DNA of 40,702 nucleotides from a virus (Duplodnaviria; Heunggongvirae; Uroviricota; Caudoviricetes): IMG/VR virus record IMGVR_UViG_2923350032_000005, positions 1 to 40,702 of that record; one strand, 5' to 3'. Shown piece by piece: positions 37,550 to 40,702 of this stretch (position 1 is its first letter; each line of letters starts with the position of its first letter). The notes under the pieces were generated by a model. It saw only the letters and a program-made list of their open reading frames with translations, ran no database searches and was not told where the DNA came from. The position numbers and the translations under genes were made by a program.

Positions 37550-37854
37550 TGACCACTTTTACCGACAAAGAACTGATTAAAGAAATTAAAGAGCGTATCA
37601 GCAGCCTTGACGTGCGAGACGATATTGAGCGCCGTGCTTATGAAATCGCACTCCTATCTCTGGAAGTAGAACCAGATGAACGCGAAGCTTATGAATTATT
37701 CATGGAAAAGCGTTTCGGTGACTTAGTAGATCGTCGGAGAGCAAAAAACGGCGATAACGAATACATGGAATGGGATATGACTCTCGGTTGGATCGTCTGG
37801 CAGCAACGAGCTGGTATCCATTTTTCAACAATGTCACAGCAAGAGGTGAAATAA
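37549..37854 (+). CDS. Hypothetical protein, YfdT-like
   Basis: 101 aa; stop overlaps the xis start region. Confidence 0.5.
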   Translation: MTTFTDKELIKEIKERISSLDVRDDIERRAYEIALLSLEVEPDEREAYELFMEKRFGDLVDRRRAKNGDNEYMEWDMTLGWIVWQQRAGIHFSTMSQQEVK

Positions 37855-38204
37855 TGGAGCCATACAGCCTCACACTCGATGAGGCCTGTCATTTTCTCAA
37901 GATATCCAGACCGACTGCCATTAACTGGATACGCACAGGGCGTCTTCAGGCAACACGCAAAGATCCCACTAAGAATAAATCTCCTTACCTCACAACACGA
38001 CAAGCCTGCATTGCGGCTCTTCAGTCTCCGCTGCATACTGTCCAAGTGAGCGCGGGTGATGGCATAACAGAGGAAAGAAAATGTCACTCTTCCGCAGAGG
38101 TGAAATATGGTACGCCAGTTTCACATTGCCGAACGGTAAAAGATTTAAACAGTCTCTTGGAACAAAGGACAAAAGGCAGGCGACAGAACTCCATGACAAG
38201 CTAA
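37854..38204 (+). CDS. xis: Excisionase (P22 Xis-like), overlapping the integrase start by about 124 bp
   Basis: ATG at 37854 with GAGGTG RBS; [33 protein letters not shown] is an Xis-type HTH; 116 aa. Confidence 0.75.
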   Translation: MEPYSLTLDEACHFLKISRPTAINWIRTGRLQATRKDPTKNKSPYLTTRQACIAALQSPLHTVQVSAGDGITEERKCHSSAEVKYGTPVSHCRTVKDLNSLLEQRTKGRRQNSMTS

Positions 38205-39244
38205 AGGCTGAAGCATGGCGGGTCAGCAAACTTGGTGAAATACCTGATATAACGTTCGAGGAAGCGTGTGTCAGGTGGCTTGAAGAGAAAGCACATAAAA
38301 AATCGCTGGACGATGACAAAAGCCGGATCGGATTCTGGCTTCAACATTTCGCAGGAATGCAACTAAGAGACATTACTGAATCAAAAATTTATTCAGCAAT
38401 GCAGAAAATGACGAACCGGCGTCATGAGGAAAACTGGAAACTCAGGGCAGAAGCATGCAGAAAAAAAGGGAAACCTGTTCCAGAATACACGCCAAAACCA
38501 GCGTCCGTTGCAACGAAGGCTACGCATCTTTCATTTATAAAGGCCCTACTAAGAGCCGCAGAGCGTGAATGGAAAATGCTGGATAAGGCACCAATTATTA
38601 AAGTGCCTCAACCAAAGAATAAACGGATCCGCTGGCTGGAGCCCCATGAAGCACAAAGGCTGATTGATGAATGTCCGGAGCCATTAAAGTCTGTTGTTGA
38701 ATTTGCACTGGCAACAGGCTTAAGACGCTCGAACATCATCAACCTTGAATGGCAACAAATAGATATGCAGCGCCGGGTGGCATGGATAAACCCGGAAGAG
38801 AGTAAATCAAACCGCGCAATTGGCGTTGCGCTGAATGATACTGCATGTCGCGTATTGAAAAAACAAATCGGGAATCATCACCGTTGGGTATTTGTGTACA
38901 AGGAAAGCTGTACCAAACCAGACGGAACGAAAGCGCCAACAGTAAGGAAGATGCGGTATGACGCAAACACAGCCTGGAAAGCGGCGCTGAGACGGGCTGG
39001 TATTGATGATTTCAGATTTCACGACTTGAGACACACCTGGGCAAGTTGGCTGGTTCAAGCCGGAGTCCCGTTGTCAGTGTTACAGGAAATGGGAGGCTGG
39101 GAGTCTATCGAAATGGTTCGTCGATATGCTCACCTTGCACCTAATCACCTTACCGAACACGCACGGCAAATAGACTCGATCCTGAACCCATCGGTCCCAA
39201 ATTTGTCCCAGTCAAAAAATAAGGAAGGTACTAATGATGTGTAA
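38081..39244 (+). CDS. int: Tyrosine integrase, P22-type (thrW-specific)
   Basis: 387 aa, [47 protein letters not shown]...[39 protein letters not shown] (R...HxxR...Y catalytic region); 3' end 14 bp from the tRNA-Thr 3' end. Confidence 0.95.
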   Translation: MSLFRRGEIWYASFTLPNGKRFKQSLGTKDKRQATELHDKLKAEAWRVSKLGEIPDITFEEACVRWLEEKAHKKSLDDDKSRIGFWLQHFAGMQLRDITESKIYSAMQKMTNRRHEENWKLRAEACRKKGKPVPEYTPKPASVATKATHLSFIKALLRAAEREWKMLDKAPIIKVPQPKNKRIRWLEPHEAQRLIDECPEPLKSVVEFALATGLRRSNIINLEWQQIDMQRRVAWINPEESKSNRAIGVALNDTACRVLKKQIGNHHRWVFVYKESCTKPDGTKAPTVRKMRYDANTAWKAALRRAGIDDFRFHDLRHTWASWLVQAGVPLSVLQEMGGWESIEMVRRYAHLAPNHLTEHARQIDSILNPSVPNLSQSKNKEGTNDV

Positions 39245-39258
39245 CTTATTGATTTTAA

Positions 39259-39334
39259 TGGTGCCGATAATAGGAGTCGAACCTACGACCTTCGCATTAC
39301 GAATGCGCTGCTCTACCAACTGAGCTATATCGGC
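39259..39334 (-). tRNA. thrW: tRNA-Thr (anticodon CGU), intact 76 nt; prophage attachment site
   Basis: Reverse complement GCCGATATAGCTCAGTTGGTAGAGCAGCGCATTCGTAATGCGAAGGTCGTAGGTTCGACTCCTATTATCGGCACCA folds as a canonical cloverleaf. Confidence 0.95.
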
Positions 39335-39448
39335 CCTGAAAGGACATGTTCACGAACGTGAATCACGGTGGACAAGGTTAAAACTAACCGGGCGATGCGT
39401 CAATGGCCTTGTGAATCAAATGGCTACTTTTGCATCACCCGGTTTTAT

Positions 39449-40702
39449 TTACGCACGAATGGTGTAATCACCAATGCCGATCCACTTGTAAGTGGTCAGT
39501 GCTTCCAGCCCCATTGGGCCACGCGCGTGGAGTTTTTGTGTGCTTACCGCCACTTCCGCACCCAGACCAAACTGGCCGCCGTCGGTAAAACGCGTAGAGG
39601 CGTTAACGTAAACAGCGGACGAATCCACTTCGTTAACAAAACGCTGGGCGTTGCGCATATCGCGGGTCAGGATCGCATCGGAGTGTTGTGTGCCGTGTTC
39701 ACGAATATGGGCGATGGCATCGTCAAGATCGCTGACGATTTTGACGTTCAAATCTAATGACAGAAACTCATCGTCATACTCTTCGGCTTTAACAGCAACC
39801 ACCTTCGCAGGGCCTGCCTGCAACTGCGCCAGTGCAGCTGCATCTGCGTGTAATGTCACGCCGCTTTCCGCCATTTGTTTGCTTAATGCGGGCAGGAAGC
39901 TATCGGCGATGTTTTTATTCACCAGCAACGTTTCAACCGTATTACATGTGCTCGGACGCTGAGTTTTCGCGTTGACGATCACTTTTAATGCTTCAGCGCT
40001 CTCTACACTTTCATCAACGTAAATATGGCATACGCCTATACCACCTGTGATCACCGGGATTGTCGACTGTTCACGGCACAGTTTATGCAAACCAGCGCCA
40101 CCACGCGGGATCAGCATGTCGATGTATTTATCCATACGCAGCATTTCACTGACCAGCGCACGGTCAGGATTATCAATCGCCTGCACGGCACCCGCCGGTA
40201 AGCCGCAGGATTTCAGGGCGTCCTGAATCACCGCCACCGTTGCAGCGTTAGTGCGACACGTTTCTTTGCCACCGCGCAGGATCACCGCATTACCGGTTTT
40301 CAGGCACAGCGAAGCGACATCAACCGTCACGTTCGGGCGCGCTTCATAAATCACGCCAATAACCCCCAGCGGTACGCGACGACGCTCAAGACGCAGGCCG
40401 CTGTCCAGTACGCTGCCATCGATTACCTGCCCCACCGGATCGGCGAGGTTACACACCTGGCGCACATCATCGGCAATGCCTTTCAGCCGTGCGGGCGTCA
40501 GTGCCAGACGGTCAAGCATCGCTTCGCCAAGGCCATTGGCACGCGCGTCAGCAACATCCTGGGCGTTAGCGTTGAGGATGATTTCGCTTTGTGCTTCCAG
40601 TTCATCGGCGATTTTTTCCAGCACGCGATTTTTTTCGCGGCTGGAGAGTTGCGCTAATTTATACGAGGCTTGCTTCGCGGCAATGCCCATTTGTTCCAGC
40701 AT
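39449..40702 (-). CDS. proA: Gamma-glutamyl phosphate reductase
   Basis: 417 aa, [50 protein letters not shown]..., recognised as E. coli-type ProA; the start codon is the last base of the window. Confidence 0.95.
   Translation of the reverse strand: MLEQMGIAAKQASYKLAQLSSREKNRVLEKIADELEAQSEIILNANAQDVADARANGLGEAMLDRLALTPARLKGIADDVRQVCNLADPVGQVIDGSVLDSGLRLERRRVPLGVIGVIYEARPNVTVDVASLCLKTGNAVILRGGKETCRTNAATVAVIQDALKSCGLPAGAVQAIDNPDRALVSEMLRMDKYIDMLIPRGGAGLHKLCREQSTIPVITGGIGVCHIYVDESVESAEALKVIVNAKTQRPSTCNTVETLLVNKNIADSFLPALSKQMAESGVTLHADAAALAQLQAGPAKVVAVKAEEYDDEFLSLDLNVKIVSDLDDAIAHIREHGTQHSDAILTRDMRNAQRFVNEVDSSAVYVNASTRFTDGGQFGLGAEVAVSTQKLHARGPMGLEALTTYKWIGIGDYTIRA

Noticed and set aside
39368-39757. 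129-aa plus-strand ORF
   Set aside because: Entirely antisense within the confidently identified proA gene; no RBS or family resemblance.

Overview
The window reads as an Escherichia/Shigella-type chromosome segment carrying one large mosaic prophage (about 37 kb) inserted at the 3' end of tRNA-Thr (thrW), next to proA at the right edge. Reading right to left, the prophage has a P22-type integrase and excisionase, an early-left region of YfdP/Q/R/S/T-like genes, a lambdoid immunity region (cI-like repressor, Cro-like, CII/YdaT-like, operator repeats), an O-like replication gene with internal iterons, a NinR-like block (PerC-like protein, orphan N6-adenine methyltransferase, RusA, KilA-N, DUF968), a Q-type antiterminator with a putative pR'/tR' pair, a lysis cassette (two holin-like proteins, GH19 endolysin, Rz/Rz1), an HNH endonuclease, P27-family small and large terminase, an HK97-type head module, a Mu-like contractile tail and baseplate module, and a Pin/Gin-type invertible tail-fibre segment. 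Beyond the invertase sits a GIY-YIG nuclease-domain cargo gene, then a 66-nt 3' fragment of a tRNA-Ser, an AT-rich AraC-family regulator gene and the C-terminal part of an IS3-family transposase. The candidates I consider most worth testing as undescribed accessory or defence functions are a TerB-like-repeat plus BRCT-domain protein in the cI-to-PL slot, the GIY-YIG protein beside the invertase, a free-standing ClpX-zinc-finger-like small protein at the head of the PL operon, and two opposite-strand or late-operon morons. All calls are from reading the sequence and ORF translations against remembered protein families; no database search was run, and gene starts are approximate where noted.
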